The notes under the pieces were generated by a model. It did not search any database, was not told the origin of the DNA, and saw only the letters and a list, made by a program, of their open reading frames with translations. Positions 28,825 to 42,460 of a stretch of 64,000 nt of DNA are shown here, piece after piece. The stretch is from Octopus vulgaris. Taxonomy: Eukaryota. The DNA lies in the NCBI GenBank assembly GCA_951406725.2, contig OX597826.1:79918001-79982000 (forward strand), given 5' to 3'. A program made the translations under genes and the position numbers. How positions within the stretch are numbered: the first letter of the stretch is position 1; each line of letters starts with the position of its first letter.

Positions 28825-28935
28825 GTGTGTGTGTATATATATACATTGACACAAGCACACGCATGTACATGTATATATATTCATACATGCACACATATCT
28901 ACATACGTACATGTGTGCATGTATATGTGTACGAG

Positions 28936-28967
<32 letters not shown>

Positions 28968-29383
28968 AGAGAAAGAGAGAAACGGAAAGTGTGTAGGGAG
29001 ATTGTGTTTAAATAGAAAATTATAACTTGGCACTTACGCCTGAGTTTCTTGTAAGAATGCTGATCTAATACTTCAATGACAATGCGTAACTTGAACTACA
29101 AAAGCCTTCTGAATGCTACATAACGTTTACTTTATAATTGTAACTAAGATATACATCTAGCACAGGAGCGAAAGCGGAATTCAGTCAGTTGCAAGCATTC
29201 TGAGAAGATTTCCGGTGCATTCCCTGCCCACACATTTCCTGCAGGTATTGACATGTAGATGTTGTTGGGAGCCATCGACCGCGTCTATCCTTCGAGTCTG
29301 AGGAGTAGAAGAATGCAAAAGCAATCGGCTGATTTACGCACGAGACATCCTGGCCAAGCTTGTTTAAACAATTGTGTGTGTAT

Positions 29384-29422
<39 letters not shown>

Positions 29423-29430
29423 ATGCATGC

Positions 29431-29467
<37 letters not shown>

Positions 29468-30135
29468 TATATAGATATATATATACTATAAATAATATAT
29501 ATATGCATATATATAGATATATTTTTATCTCAAGATAAACTGGCGCCCTCCTCAGTGGAAGATTTATAATAATTAAAACAAAGGAGAGAATACATACATA
29601 CATAATACATACATACATACATACATACATACATACATACATACATACATACATACATACATACATACGTACATGTATATATATATATATGCAAATATAG
29701 AACATAGTTTTGTAAATATCAATAAAGCCATACAGTTCAGTGTGGGGTTTGATATAAAACAATTCATTTCATTCTCTTTCTATAGTAAGAGATATTTCAG
29801 GGTGAAGGCCGTACGTAGCCTTGTGAAATTCCGTTTCTACGTTCTTCAGATTTCGCTCGGCTCTTTTATGTTGTTGCATTGCTTTCTAAGAATCGCAAAA
29901 CTTTTGTTAACTGAGACAAAAGAGAAAATATATACTTTGTGAATACGATAATAAGCATTATCACTTATGACCCTACACAGTTTACTAGATTTCTTCGAAA
30001 CGCTGTTGAGTTTCGTTCGGGATATTTTATCTGAATGGATTAAACAAAGACAATTGCAGCGTAGAAGGTGTTTATAAACCGTTTAAGAAACACACAAAAA
30101 ACGGTTAGATTCACTTCAACATTTAAACAGAATTT

Positions 30136-30178
30136 GTCAAAATATTTTCGTCGCTTTGAGATCGCGACCTGTTCACTA
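30136..30178 (-). ncRNA. Hammerhead-like motif with G3-C8 swapped core
   Basis: Minus strand GTGAACA-G-GTCGC(GATCTCAAA)GCGAC-GAAA-ATAT-T-T-TGAC; helix I has only 2 bp in this copy. Confidence 0.4.
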
Positions 30179-31359
30179 GTGTTGCATCACAAAGATTATT
30201 GGAAAAGAAAGCAATTTCATACGAAGGGTTAAAAATGGGAGCCGAACATATTATGCAGCTTTTCTGTTATTTTGAAAATGTTCAGTTGTATATTGTAGTT
30301 CGCATCCTTGCGACAGTTTCTGATATTTCGTATACAACTCGAACGACATTTTGTCCAGTATGACCGTTTTCACAACCATGGTTGGTATTTTAAGAGTATT
30401 TGCATCATATATTCCTCTTGTGTGAATATTTCTCCATTTTATTCTTATTGTAGACTTTTCAGGCTTGACATAAGTTTTATTTTGAATTTCTAAAGTGTCT
30501 ATTTAATTACCGAGTGTTGAAAAGATTTTACAGTTAGGAACATCTTCGATATAATTCCCAACCACATATGTATACATAGGTTTATGTATATAAGTGTATT
30601 GCTGTGAGTATGTGTTTGTGTATAAATGTGTATGCATTGTTTTCTTCGTAAACCATTAACATCCTGGTAGCAGGATCTATATGAAGGAGAGAGGCCAGAT
30701 GCCAGTTGTAGGTGAATCACGAAACCACTCCTGTACTTAATTGCATCATCTCACCACGTTCGAACCCTCCCCATTCTTACCTTTAACCAGCCTCCCCATC
30801 CTTGATCGATGACATTCAAGTTGTTACAATGGTTCTCTGTCAATAGGAACATTTTGGTATCTCCGTGAAAATAGAGAGCTGAAATAAACGACAGGCAAAA
30901 TCGATATTAATCTACTTCAAATAATATTATATGCATTTGTTCGATTACCGATTTTGTGTACTTTTAAGATTCATGGTCTCCTGGAGCTATCTAATATGTC
31001 ACAGTTTGCATCGGTAACGTTGGCATAAAAACAAAGTTACAGAAAATTTAATGACGTAAAAAGCAACCGTCGAAATATCGAGGTGATGTGAATCTCAGCC
31101 TTTCATCTTATGGTATTTAGCCACATAGATAATCGTTAAACCTCGACAGAATATGTAGCTGTGAGGGAGGCGAGTGGAAAAAAGATGAAAGAAAGTGCGT
31201 AATTATAGCCAGAGAATATGCACGCACATATCTTGGTGTACACTCCTACATTTGCACGCTTAGTGACGGAAAACATGAGTAATACATAATGAAGCAGCAT
31301 AACAGTGTAGCCTTTCTAATATCTCTCGCTTTCTCTGTGTATGTAAGCATGTAAGTATA

Positions 31360-31434
<75 letters not shown>

Positions 31435-31440
31435 CATATA

Positions 31441-31557
31441 TCACGTGATCACGTGACTGACTAGGCTTATAGATGTTGCTACACATCGCTGGTCACAATG
31501 CGCTTCGCATTGTTTTAGCCTTCAAATGATGCCACCCCGCTGGATAAGCGAGCAGGC

Positions 31558-31560
<3 letters not shown>
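31441..31560 (-). mobile_element. Family C1 SINE 3' fragment
   Basis: Reverse complement aligns with 50855-50960 (GGTGGCATCATTTGAAGGCTAAAACAATGCG...CAGCGATGT). Confidence 0.7.
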
Positions 31561-31631
<71 letters not shown>

Positions 31632-31689
31632 AAGTACATACATATATGTACATAATACATATATATGTATGTGTGTGTGTGTGTGCATA

Positions 31690-32185
31690 TATGGGTACAA
31701 GACGTCACAAAATGTAAACAACAGGAAATACGAAGACAACTTTGGTATCCGAACGAGTGAAAAAACGGAAAACAAGACATGTAACATAAAAAGGAACCTT
31801 CATCAGTTGTTGGCCGTCCATTTACTCCTAATTTCGAGCAATTAGCTTCGAAATGGCAGTTGCTCCCGCGAACCAAAATAAAATTTGGGATTTGCAGAGG
31901 GTCAACGTTGGGGACAAAAACAGGACAATTGAGACATAAAACAAACCGAACGAAAGCAAACATGGAGGGCCGTTAGGGCGAACGCTGGGGGAATGGAATA
32001 TTATCTTTGATGAGAGAAAGATAGAAGCTGAGACAGATAAGAACGCGTCTGCTCTGTAAGAAAGATGATCACGTGAGGGAAAGAAAGATGGACGATGGTC
32101 ACGTGTGAGCAACGAGAGTAAAGGAGAAAGAGGGAGGGTGAGAGAGAGAGAGAAAACGATGATATGATTGAACGCCACGCATCCA
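31690..32185 (-). mobile_element. Purine-rich dispersed repeat, probable non-coding terminal repeat of a Penelope-like element
   Basis: Related to 28380-28562; minus strand has CTGATGAAGG at ~31798-31807; bounded by microsatellites; the class is inferred. Confidence 0.4.
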
Positions 32186-32233
32186 TTTCTAAGTATGTAT
32201 GCATGTATGTATATATGTATGTATGTATGTATG

Positions 32234-32285
<52 letters not shown>

Positions 32286-32304
32286 AATCTGTATGTATGT
32301 ATAT

Positions 32305-32548
32305 TTAATCGACCAGACTATCGACTGTCATTGGTCATAATGCACTTTTTGCATCGTTTTAGCTTTCGAATGATGCCGCTCTTCTGGTTAGGCGAGCAGA
32401 CCAGCACGCACCCTGATCAGGAGGCTATTCCGCGGAAGGGTTACCCATTAACAGCTCAATGGACCGGAGCAACGTGAAATGAAGTGTATTGCTCATGAAC
32501 ACAAAGCGTCACTCGGTCCAGGAATCGAACTCTCGGTCTAGCAGTCAT
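32305..32548 (-). mobile_element. Family C1 SINE
   Basis: Reverse complement has B-box GTTCGATTCC, then ACACTTCATTTCACGTTGCTCC...GGTAACCCT...GGAATAGCCT, matching 50691-50960. Confidence 0.75.
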
Positions 32549-32758
32549 AATCTATTTATATCACCTATTTATATCATGATATACATAGGTGAAGCATCTA
32601 GAAGCATTGTGGAGAGACTAAATGAACATTTGTGACAATAAGCCGAAAAAAACAAACAATCGTCCATACTCTCATGGAGGCACGTTGGGTCACATTGGGT
32701 CATTTTTGGCTTTCTTTCATCTGTCAAGTACCAGAAGTCATGACCATTTCGGACTTAT

Positions 32759-33103
32759 CAGCACTGAAAGTTACGATGTTTCGAATACGAATACGTCTAT
32801 GTAAATAATGCGATCGGAGATGGCAAAACTAAGCAATAAGTTTATATTCATATTTCAGGAGTTCTTGCTCCTTCGTCAGTGTCACATCCACTACCAAGTA
32901 AATTAATGGCATGTAAACCAATACAGCGTCCTACCTGTGTTAGCAGTGTTGTTTATTAGATTATTGAGCCAGCACTGAAAGTTACGATGTTTCGAATACG
33001 AATACGTCTATGTAAATAATGCGATCGGAGATGGCAAAACTAAGCAATAAGTTTATATTCATATTTCAGGAGTTCTTGCTCCTTCGTCAGTGTCACATCC
33101 ACT
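32759..33103. repeat. Perfect 134-bp direct duplication (32759-32892, 32970-33103) with 77-bp spacer
   Basis: No differences found by eye; minus strand contains CTGACGA-AGGAG(CAAGAA)CTCCT-GAAA. Confidence 0.93.
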
Positions 33104-33324
33104 CCATTAATTATCAAGGATCACATTATTTAAATAGTTACCAAATATAGCAGTGTATAGCACAATTGTATATAAAAACATTCCTGGCAACTGATACGGA
33201 GGTGTTTATTGCTGGCATTAGTTTCAATAAAAAATCTAGAGATAGTTTAAAAAAGATATATTTATATACGTACGTGTATTCTTTTATTTTGTATTCTTAT
33301 ATTTGTTTCAGTCATCTGTCTGCA

Positions 33325-33600
<276 letters not shown>

Positions 33601-33967
33601 ATGTATATTTATGAAATGTTTGTACTTATATGCATATTGTTTTGTTATTGATGTACACATAATATATTAGTATATGCTGTTTAGCATTACATACAATATT
33701 TCGATAAGTACGGATATAGTTACAAACAATATAGACAGCGTGAGCAACATACACATCAAAAATACCAGCAAATTATTCCTATTTACATAAATCAAATTAA
33801 ATGTAATTAAAAAATATAGCAAATGAAAATCAAAGGAATAAAATTCGGTTTTAATAAAGTTTCTTAGTTAATTTATAATATTAGTATTTAGATACGGTCG
33901 ATGTGTTAAACTGAAACATTCAAATGAATTGTCTGAAATACATAACAGACACTCAAACATATCTGTC

Positions 33968-34255
<288 letters not shown>

Positions 34256-34525
34256 TGGGATGGAGGTGTCATTCAATGAACACAAATACTCATATGTTAG
34301 TGTAAAGCCTGAATTCATTGAATAATAGGCACAATAGTGCGGTTTGCGTAATATTGCCCGAATTTGACGATTTAAATAATGTTCAAGCTCAGATAACATG
34401 ACCACTTCATGGAGGAAGTCGAAAAGCTAAAATCAGGGAAAAAAACATGCGACAGCCAAACGATGGAAAACGTTAAAAACATTTTAAGGCAAAGTTTGAT
34501 AGTAATTCCTTTATAGAATATAGTT

Positions 34526-34672
34526 TATTATCTCCGCTTTAACGAAGGTAGGGGTATTGTTTTCAGTCGTGTCTGTTTGTTTGTCCATGGAAAGATCTCT
34601 CAAGAACCGCTGGATGGATTCGGATGTTTGGTTTCGTGACTGGCACGAACTGATTAAATTTTGGGATCGAAA
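34526..34672 (+). mobile_element. End of a non-autonomous DNA element, possibly Helentron-associated (HINE/DINE-like)
   Basis: TTATTATCTCCGC...GGGGTATTGTTTTCAGTCGTGTCTGTTTGTTTGTCC...CTGGATGGATTCGGATG resembles the widespread terminal hairpin + GTCTGT/GTTT tract layout; recognised from memory only. Confidence 0.5.
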
Positions 34673-35637
34673 AGGCGAACCATATAACTACCTTTGGTTT
34701 ATTTATAAGCTTGGTTATTGCTTGGCTCGAACTGTATGATATATCGCCCCTTTAAAGCCATGTCAGTTCCATCGCTATTATAGTAAGGGTCTGACTTATC
34801 GCGAGTTTGATTAGATAAGCGATTACAAATACTAATATTTATATTAGCTATAAGGTTTTTAAAGACGATGAGGAATGGCAAGATGGTTTGTATAAATATC
34901 TAAGTTTTTCATTTGGTTTAAGGTAAGCTTGTAAGTGTTTTAATCTAAATTCAGGAAAACCTAAAGCGACGATGCCATTTTCTGAAAGTACAGGATATAG
35001 ATTTTCCTTTTTCTGTGTAAACACTCCCTGTTAACAATGTTTCATTGAACAAGTTTCGGGGAAACAGCGATCCTCCTTCTCTTAAAACGTCTCTCAAAAG
35101 TTTCTTTCGATTTTCCTTCTTTTCGTATTTTTTTCACACATAAGTTAAGGGTCATCTAGTTTCAGCTGAATTATTTGCGCCTGAGATTTTTGAAATCACA
35201 AGTCCTAGTTGTACAATATGTTTGTCCCTCGGAGCCTTGGATCTAGGTTAGAAACCGGCTCTTTCTCTGTTGGCAAGAAACCTTGAAATAAAACTGAACA
35301 ACGACATACATACGCATGAACACACACACACACAGCCATACTTACACACACATATACACACACGGAGATACACACACATACTCACATACATATATTTGTA
35401 AAAAAAAAAACAATGACAAATTCTTGCCAAAAGTTAAAACAAACTCGAAATTACTTCTCTTGAGAAGCACATACGAAGTAATAGTTTGATTCCAGAAGAT
35501 TCCAAATGCAATTAAACGCTATTTCTTCTGATTATTGCGCGTCAACAACAAAACCTATTCTTCTGGTGGATTTGAGTTTTGCAAAGACACCGAGCAAAAT
35601 AGTGACAGTGAAATAGAAGCATTATTACAAGCAAAGA

Positions 35638-35850
35638 AGGCGGCAAGTTAGCAGAATCATTAGCACACCGGATGAAATGCTTTGTGGCATTTCGTCCGTC
35701 TTTACATTGTGAATTCAGATATCATGAAGACTTTGTCTTTCATCTTTTTGGGGCCGATAAAACATGTACCAGTTGAGTACTGGGATCGATGTAATGAACT
35801 TACCTCAGCCTCGAAATTGCTGGCCTTGTGCCAAAATTTAAAACCAATAT
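35638..35850 (+). mobile_element. Diverged full-length family A SINE
   Basis: AGGCGGCAAGTTAGCAGAATCATTAGCAC...GACTTTGTCTTTCATC...GTACCAGTTGAGTACTGGGATCGAT...GGCCTTGTGCCAAAATTT. Confidence 0.8.
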
Positions 35851-36168
35851 TAAAAGCAAGGAAATCCCTCCTCTTCCACAACAATGTTTTCTCCTTGAGC
35901 GCTATGTTAAGGGACGCGTGTCTGTGGAATGCTCAACCACTTGCACGTTAATTTCGTGAGCAGGCTGTTCCTCCGGTGATCTCATCGTTTAGAACAATCG
36001 TTGTCAAAACCGACGGAAAGACAGACCATAAACATACATATATATACACACATGTACATGTATGTTTTGGGGCATGTGTCTATCGCTCGCTCTCTCCCTC
36101 TCTCTCTCTCTCTGTATAATATATATATATATCTGTCTGCCTGTCTCTCTACCTATCTCTCTCCCTCC

Positions 36169-36235
<67 letters not shown>

Positions 36236-36277
36236 CATACATACACGAGCACACACCCACACAAACACACCTATATG

Positions 36278-36364
36278 AGCAGTATTTCAAAAGAATACAC
36301 AGAGCACAAAATATTTTTAATGAGAATATCTATATATGTAATATAATATTGCATATATATATAT

Positions 36365-36402
<38 letters not shown>

Positions 36403-36414
36403 ATATATGAGGGC

Positions 36415-36508
<94 letters not shown>

Positions 36509-36582
36509 GCATGTGTATATATACGTATCAACGTTCTCGTTAAAAACGTTTCGTACTCTGCGTATTCTTTTGAAATCCTGCT
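36278..36582. repeat. Inverted repeat (49-bp arms) enclosing a ~200-bp TA microsatellite
   Basis: 36278-36326 vs reverse complement of 36534-36582: 7 mismatches by eye. Confidence 0.85.
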
Positions 36583-36927
36583 TCTCGTCCATATTGCTTT
36601 TCACGTAAACATCTCATGCTTTTGTGTGCCAGATATGAGTTAAGTGATTTTTCATATTTGGGTGAACCGCAGAATAATAACATCGAATATACTCAGTGCT
36701 ACCATAAATACTTGCATTCCAGTTAGATTACATTGTCTTATTGTCTGTAAACTCAAACGCCACTGTACATTTGCGTAAACACAAACACACACGCACACAT
36801 GTACGAATGTATATACGCATGCACGCGTGGCTGTACGTATAATTGGCCTCATAGCTGATATGTGATATTCAATTATATACAAAAATTATATAAGCGGGCA
36901 ATCTTTGAAAAAAGTATATAACCTCGT

Positions 36928-37076
36928 AGGCATTGCTGTGTGGTTAAGAGGCTCGCTTTGCAACCGTGCAGTCTCAGGTTCAGCCCCACTGCAAGTGTCA
37001 TCTACTATAGCCCCGGACCAACCGATGTTTTGTAAGTGAATTTGACTCACGGAAACTGCGTGGCAGTGCATCGTGT

Positions 37077-37162
<86 letters not shown>

Positions 37163-37445
37163 TGTGTGTGTTTGTGTGTATGTGTGTGCACGAGCGTGTG
37201 TATATGTGTGTGTGTGTACCTGTGTGTCTTTGTGATTATGTGTGCCCCATCCATCTCTTCATAACAGTTGTTGGTTTCTTTCTGTCTCGTAAATTAGCGG
37301 TTCGACAGTGGGACTGATAGGATAAGTAGCAGACTTCACAAAAAAAAAGGGAAAAAAGCAACGGGTCGATTTGTTGGGTTTAAACTTTTCAAGGCTCCAT
37401 AACAGGTGCAGTCTAATGGACGAGTCAATCAAAATAAAGTAAAAG
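36928..37445 (+). mobile_element. Full-length diverged family B SINE with expanded internal microsatellite
   Basis: Head GCTGTGTGGTTAAGAGG...GGTTCAGCCCCACTGC; ~150-bp (TA)(TG) insert; 3' part TTAGCGGTTCGAC...GGGTCGATTTG...AAAATAAAGTAAAAG. Confidence 0.8.
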
Positions 37446-38678
37446 AAAAAAACTGAAGTTGTAAACCAGCTGTCCTTAAAATCCAACTCTGTGAATACAC
37501 CCTGTTAATCGTTTTGTTAGCAGCAAAGCATAGGAGTCTCTCCTGACAGTTTTCACGGAGTGGTCACTTATAATGAAAAATTATAGCCATCGCTATTTAA
37601 ATAGAATAAAAACCGGAACGTAATTATAATAGGTAGACTTGTGTATCTGTTGTGCAATCGATGATATCATGAATAAATTAGTAAAAAAAGTTAATTATAT
37701 GTACAAGACGGTGTGTGCTAGAAATTTAAAATGGTTTTAAAGGAATTTAAAATGAATATATTAATAGCTTCGTGTTGAAACTCCAGACAGGTGTAAATAC
37801 ACCTTATGGATTTCTAACGGTGACCTACCGAACATATGCCTGGAATCAGTTTCTAGTTTATGCACACAGACGTATATACACATAAATATAAAGTCTTTTG
37901 TATGTCCATGATCACTAATGAGTGAGTGTGTGTGTGTGTGCTTTTGTTCTAATATACGTATGCATTTATGTATGTATGTATGCACAAATTCTTTTCTATT
38001 TTTAATAATTTCAAGTCTTTCTGTGAGGAAGGAGTTGGTCTCTATTAAAGATGCAAAGTGCTATCGTTGGCAAGTAGATAACAAAAACAAATTCTCATTT
38101 TGGACTTCAGAAAAGTCTTACACATTTATGTGGTTCCTCTTACTGATTGCATTTGAAATGCGCGTAATAACTCAATGATATTTTATACATGTAGGTATAT
38201 TTGTATTTATGTTTTTTTCATGTATGTATATATGTGTATATATGTGTATGTGTGTTTGTATGTATGTATATATGTGTATATAAGGTGGGTCTTCGACGCT
38301 AGATACCCTGCAGGAGGACACACAAAACTGTCAAAGGACGGATGAACTCAGCAGCGTCAACCGCCACCCGACAGCTTGAGAGCAAGAAACCCCTCGTCTT
38401 TGTTTAGACATCTTAGTAAGAAAAATAAATTCAGAAAATCACGCTTGCTTTATGATGAAGACAGAGATATAGCTCTTGCTTGTTTCAAGACTCCTCAGCT
38501 ACTTGGCTTCGTAGGAGAGCGTCTTCGCAGTGTTGTGCAAGCTTTCATTGACTGTAAATTCCATAGGCATCTCTGACAGCTATTGTCTTTAATAGTAAGA
38601 TAAAATTATTTGTCAGTGATGGCCATAAGCGTCTACGTGCAGACAACTACCTTGTGGGTATGTATGACTGTATGTATG

Positions 38679-38710
<32 letters not shown>

Positions 38711-38780
38711 TGTATGTATGTATGTATGTATGTATGTATGTACGAATGTATGTATGTGTGTGTTTGTGTGTGTGTGTGTG

Positions 38781-38830
<50 letters not shown>

Positions 38831-39318
38831 AGGTATGTTCATATGTATGTGAGTATCAGTGAGAAAGATGTGGAAAGAAAATAGGATAGGTAGGGGCGAG
38901 ACGAAGCTGGCGTGTGTGTGAAAGAGAAGAGTACAGACTCACAGACTAACACAAATGTTATCCATCTTTACCAATTAACCAATGTAGCTTCCATATGCTA
39001 ACCTTAATAACGTTTTATTGACGATAAGCCATTAATGGTATCAATTCTTTTTCATTAATCGAATCTAAAATTAGATAATTCTCAACTCGCATCAGTTCCC
39101 TTATCGATCTCCGCAAATTTACTCTGTTTTTATTGTTGCCGTTCTATAACTCTTTTACAACTTTCTCTCTAATTATCATAAGTTTGGGGTTTAAATCAGT
39201 GTTTATATCAGTAAATAATTTAAACACTAGTGTTTTTTTTTCTAAGATAGCAGTTTCCTTTTTGTGTGTGTAACACCAGATCAACTTTGAAAAAACTTTT
39301 GATCGAGATCAATCCAGG

Positions 39319-39455
39319 AGGCGCAGGTGTGGGGCTGTGTGGCCAAAAGTTTGCTTCCCAACCACATGGTTCCGGTTTCTGTCCAACTGTGTGGTACCTT
39401 AGGCAAGTATCTTCTACTATAGGAAATTATAGAACGGAAATTACTCACACACACA

Positions 39456-39492
<37 letters not shown>

Positions 39493-39625
39493 ACATGGGT
39501 GTATGTCGGTGTCTGTCCCCATCAACGCTTGACAACTGATGTTGGTGTATTTACGTCCTCGTAACATAGCAGTTCGACAAAAGGAACCGATAGAATAAGT
39601 TCTAGGATATAAAAAAGTTCGACTT
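39319..39625 (+). mobile_element. Family B SINE
   Basis: AGGCGCAGGTGTGG...TTGCTTCCCAACCACATGGTTCCGG...ACCTTAGGCAAGT...CGCTTGACAACTGATG...CGATAGAATAAGT. Confidence 0.82.
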
Positions 39626-39825
39626 AAATTCTTTAAAAAGTGGGCTTAAAAACAATCGCCTTATGTGGTGATTCTTATTGGTTTTTTCAAAATATCGTCC
39701 AAAATGGCTCAGACAGAATTACAATATGGAGTATCAAACTCAATTTTGTCGTCTCACTAATAATGCGATGCTTCAGACAGATCTTTTTATAGGTTTTGCG
39801 GAGCAATCCGTACTCTTACTTCAAG

Positions 39826-39884
<59 letters not shown>

Positions 39885-39894
39885 GTCGTCGTCG

Positions 39895-39943
<49 letters not shown>

Positions 39944-39964
39944 CGGCATTATCATCATCATCAT
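39826..39964. repeat. (CAT)n/(CGT)n trinucleotide array
   Basis: Directly visible. Confidence 0.97.
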
Positions 39965-40626
39965 TGGTAAAATCTACGTTTAGGCAGCTACACTTGCTAT
40001 GAAGAGTGAACAATCTAATCCCGTTTCTATAGCTTATTTTCTGACGTTCTCATGTACAGGTAGCTTTTCCATTATCAGAAAGACATATATTGTCTCTTGT
40101 GTTTGTTATAGTTGTTGATGTGAAATCTTAGAACTACATGAAGAGACACAAATGAATCACCTCCACGTACTATAATGAACACATAATATCATATATAATA
40201 TAAATATATATATATATGTATATTTATAAATACAATATAATATATAATATATAAACGTTATACAATATAATATACAATATATAAGTATAATATAATATTG
40301 AGTATATATAATAAATGTATGATATAATACAAAATATTATATAATATAATATATAATGACTTTACAACATAATACATAACAATGATATATGATAAGGTAT
40401 GTAGTAAATATATTTATTCACAGCGAATGTAATGGGAATTTAATTTTTCCTGAAGGATTTAATCTGTTCAAATTCCAACAGCGTTAAAATACATATTCTT
40501 CAAATTTTCAAGCGAAAATTTAACTCACTGAGATTAATTATGTTTGCAGACAAAACATAAAATATTCAGATTTTATTCACACATACATACATACATACAT
40601 ACATACATACATACATACATACATAC

Positions 40627-40705
<79 letters not shown>

Positions 40706-40707
<2 letters not shown>

Positions 40708-40840
40708 TTTTTTGCGTAATGAGATAAAAAAAAACAAGGCTGTATAGATATTAGAGCATTTATAGATAGAAGGTCTTGCAGCTGTTTCTAGAATATTAAT
40801 TAATAATAATATTCCTTCATCGGAGACGGTGTGAGAGGAA
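40706..40840 (-). mobile_element. Dispersed repeat with type I hammerhead-like motif (40773-40827) abutting (TA)n
   Basis: Minus strand GTCT-CCGATGA-A-GGAATATT..AATATTCT-A-GAAAC-AGCT-GC-A-AGAC (U16.1 changed to C); 40706-40765 matches the arms of the 58775-58915 palindrome. Confidence 0.65.
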
Positions 40841-40949
40841 GAATTAAGTCATAGTTAGTTTCGATGTGATTAGCACTTATTCTGCATTACCTGACATCTT
40901 TGGGTCTCTATGACACCATCATCTCTTATAACCCCAACTTCTCGCTATA

Positions 40950-40988
<39 letters not shown>

Positions 40989-41439
40989 CAATTAAAGTCC
41001 TCTGTCAAGATTAGGCATTTCGCTCAATCATTTTAATCGCATTGATGCTTCTTTTTTTTTTTGAAAATTTTATTGAAATAAGGGGAATACAGTATTCAAT
41101 GAGTTCGCAGAAAACTTGTCCTCTCAAACTACTGAGATATTGAACGAGAAACTGCTCAAATGCAACTTGACCAGAGTTCCAGATCCTCAACCATCTCTAC
41201 TGTTGTTGTGAACAATTCATAAACATTGATTTCTCCTTGGTAGCCAAGATGAAAGGAAACACTGGCACAGGATATAAATTTGCGGCAAATTGGCTGCTGT
41301 TCAAACATCTTACACGTTTCATTCTTGCCTTTTCGCAATTCATATAATCATGAATAAAAATTTAAGTATACAGAACATGCTTTAGAAAATTACCATTTTG
41401 AAATCTCACAACGTAAGATATTCAGCAACAGTACTTTGG

Positions 41440-41730
41440 AGTAAAGGCTGTTTGCCAACATAACATGGCAGTCCTGGTTTAGGATGAATGTTGCTGTAAT
41501 TTAGCCCCAGGAGACATCATCTTCAGCTGGCTATACGACACGATCTGTGTCCTTATATTTTCGAACAAGAGAATCTAACACCCCAACTCAGCTCAAAGCA
41601 ATTATTCTGTGCCGATGAAGGGAAATAACACAAAAATCGCGATACACAGATATTGTTTCCTGGGGATAAATTACAGCAACATTCGTCCTAAACTAGGATG
41701 GCCATGTTATGTTGACAAACAATCTTTACT
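41440..41730. repeat. Fold-back inverted repeat (~77-bp arms) with a decayed hammerhead-like motif in the spacer
   Basis: 41440-41517 pairs with 41653-41730; same family as 45231-45513. Confidence 0.85.
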
Positions 41731-41904
41731 ACAGAAAACACTTTGTTTTCACTCAGAGACTACTGTTTAGGTCTTCATTTGTTTCATCCATCACGTTTAA
41801 TTTTAGTCTGAAACCGATTCATGTTGTTTTAACTTTTTTCTCCTTTAGAATATTTAGGCTCGTGCCCGGTTAACAATTAATACAAGGTCCAGTCATTGTT
41901 ATAT

Positions 41905-42460
41905 TGTGGTCCTGTGAGCCTCAATAACCCCGAGAACTTTGCTAATGAAGCGGAAGCTTCTGAGTAGGCTGCATTATGCTTGACAGGTCAAAGGACAAAG
42001 ATCACAGTAATAGGGACCAATTCATCTAAGAGGTAAAAAAAAATCAGTTTGCTGAGGGCCAACATCTGGAAAAATGCAAAGTTAGTGATGCAACTGAAAA
42101 TAAACAAAAACCAAGGAGAAGGAGGCCTTCTCTCAAGGAAGCATGAAGTGCTGCAGCAAAATCTGACAAGAGGTTGCATAAGTTATTCCCCTTCTGACCA
42201 CCAGGGGAAGAGCTGTGACAGAAGAGGCGAGAAGCGCAAGTGGGGATGAATGGGTCACACTCGAAGGAAACCAATATCCCGTGTTATATGTCTGGTCCTA
42301 ACTTGGAACCCATAAAATGGGTAGAAGAGAGGAAATATCTAGAGGCGAGATATTGAGGCAGAGGTGAAAGAGGCAGGATCCGAAAGACAGCCCAAAGTCG
42401 AGAACAGGAGATAAAATTAGTCGACGGCCTATGCCCCTTTGGAGAGAAAGGCTTAAATAA
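41905..42460 (+). pseudogene. RTE-clade LINE remnant: ORF C-terminus and 3' end, preceded by a possible 5'-UTR-like segment
   Basis: 42225-42460 translates KRKWG*MGHTRRKP...LTWNP*...EAEVKEAG...LVDGLCPFGEKGL (RTE pattern RRWxWIGHTLRK...LTWNP.G...LVxGLC), then a TAAA-type tail. Confidence 0.7.

Noticed and set aside
41050-41340. Possible minus-strand LINE 3' end with AATAAA and poly(A)
   Set aside because: The signal and A-run are present but no convincing protein motif
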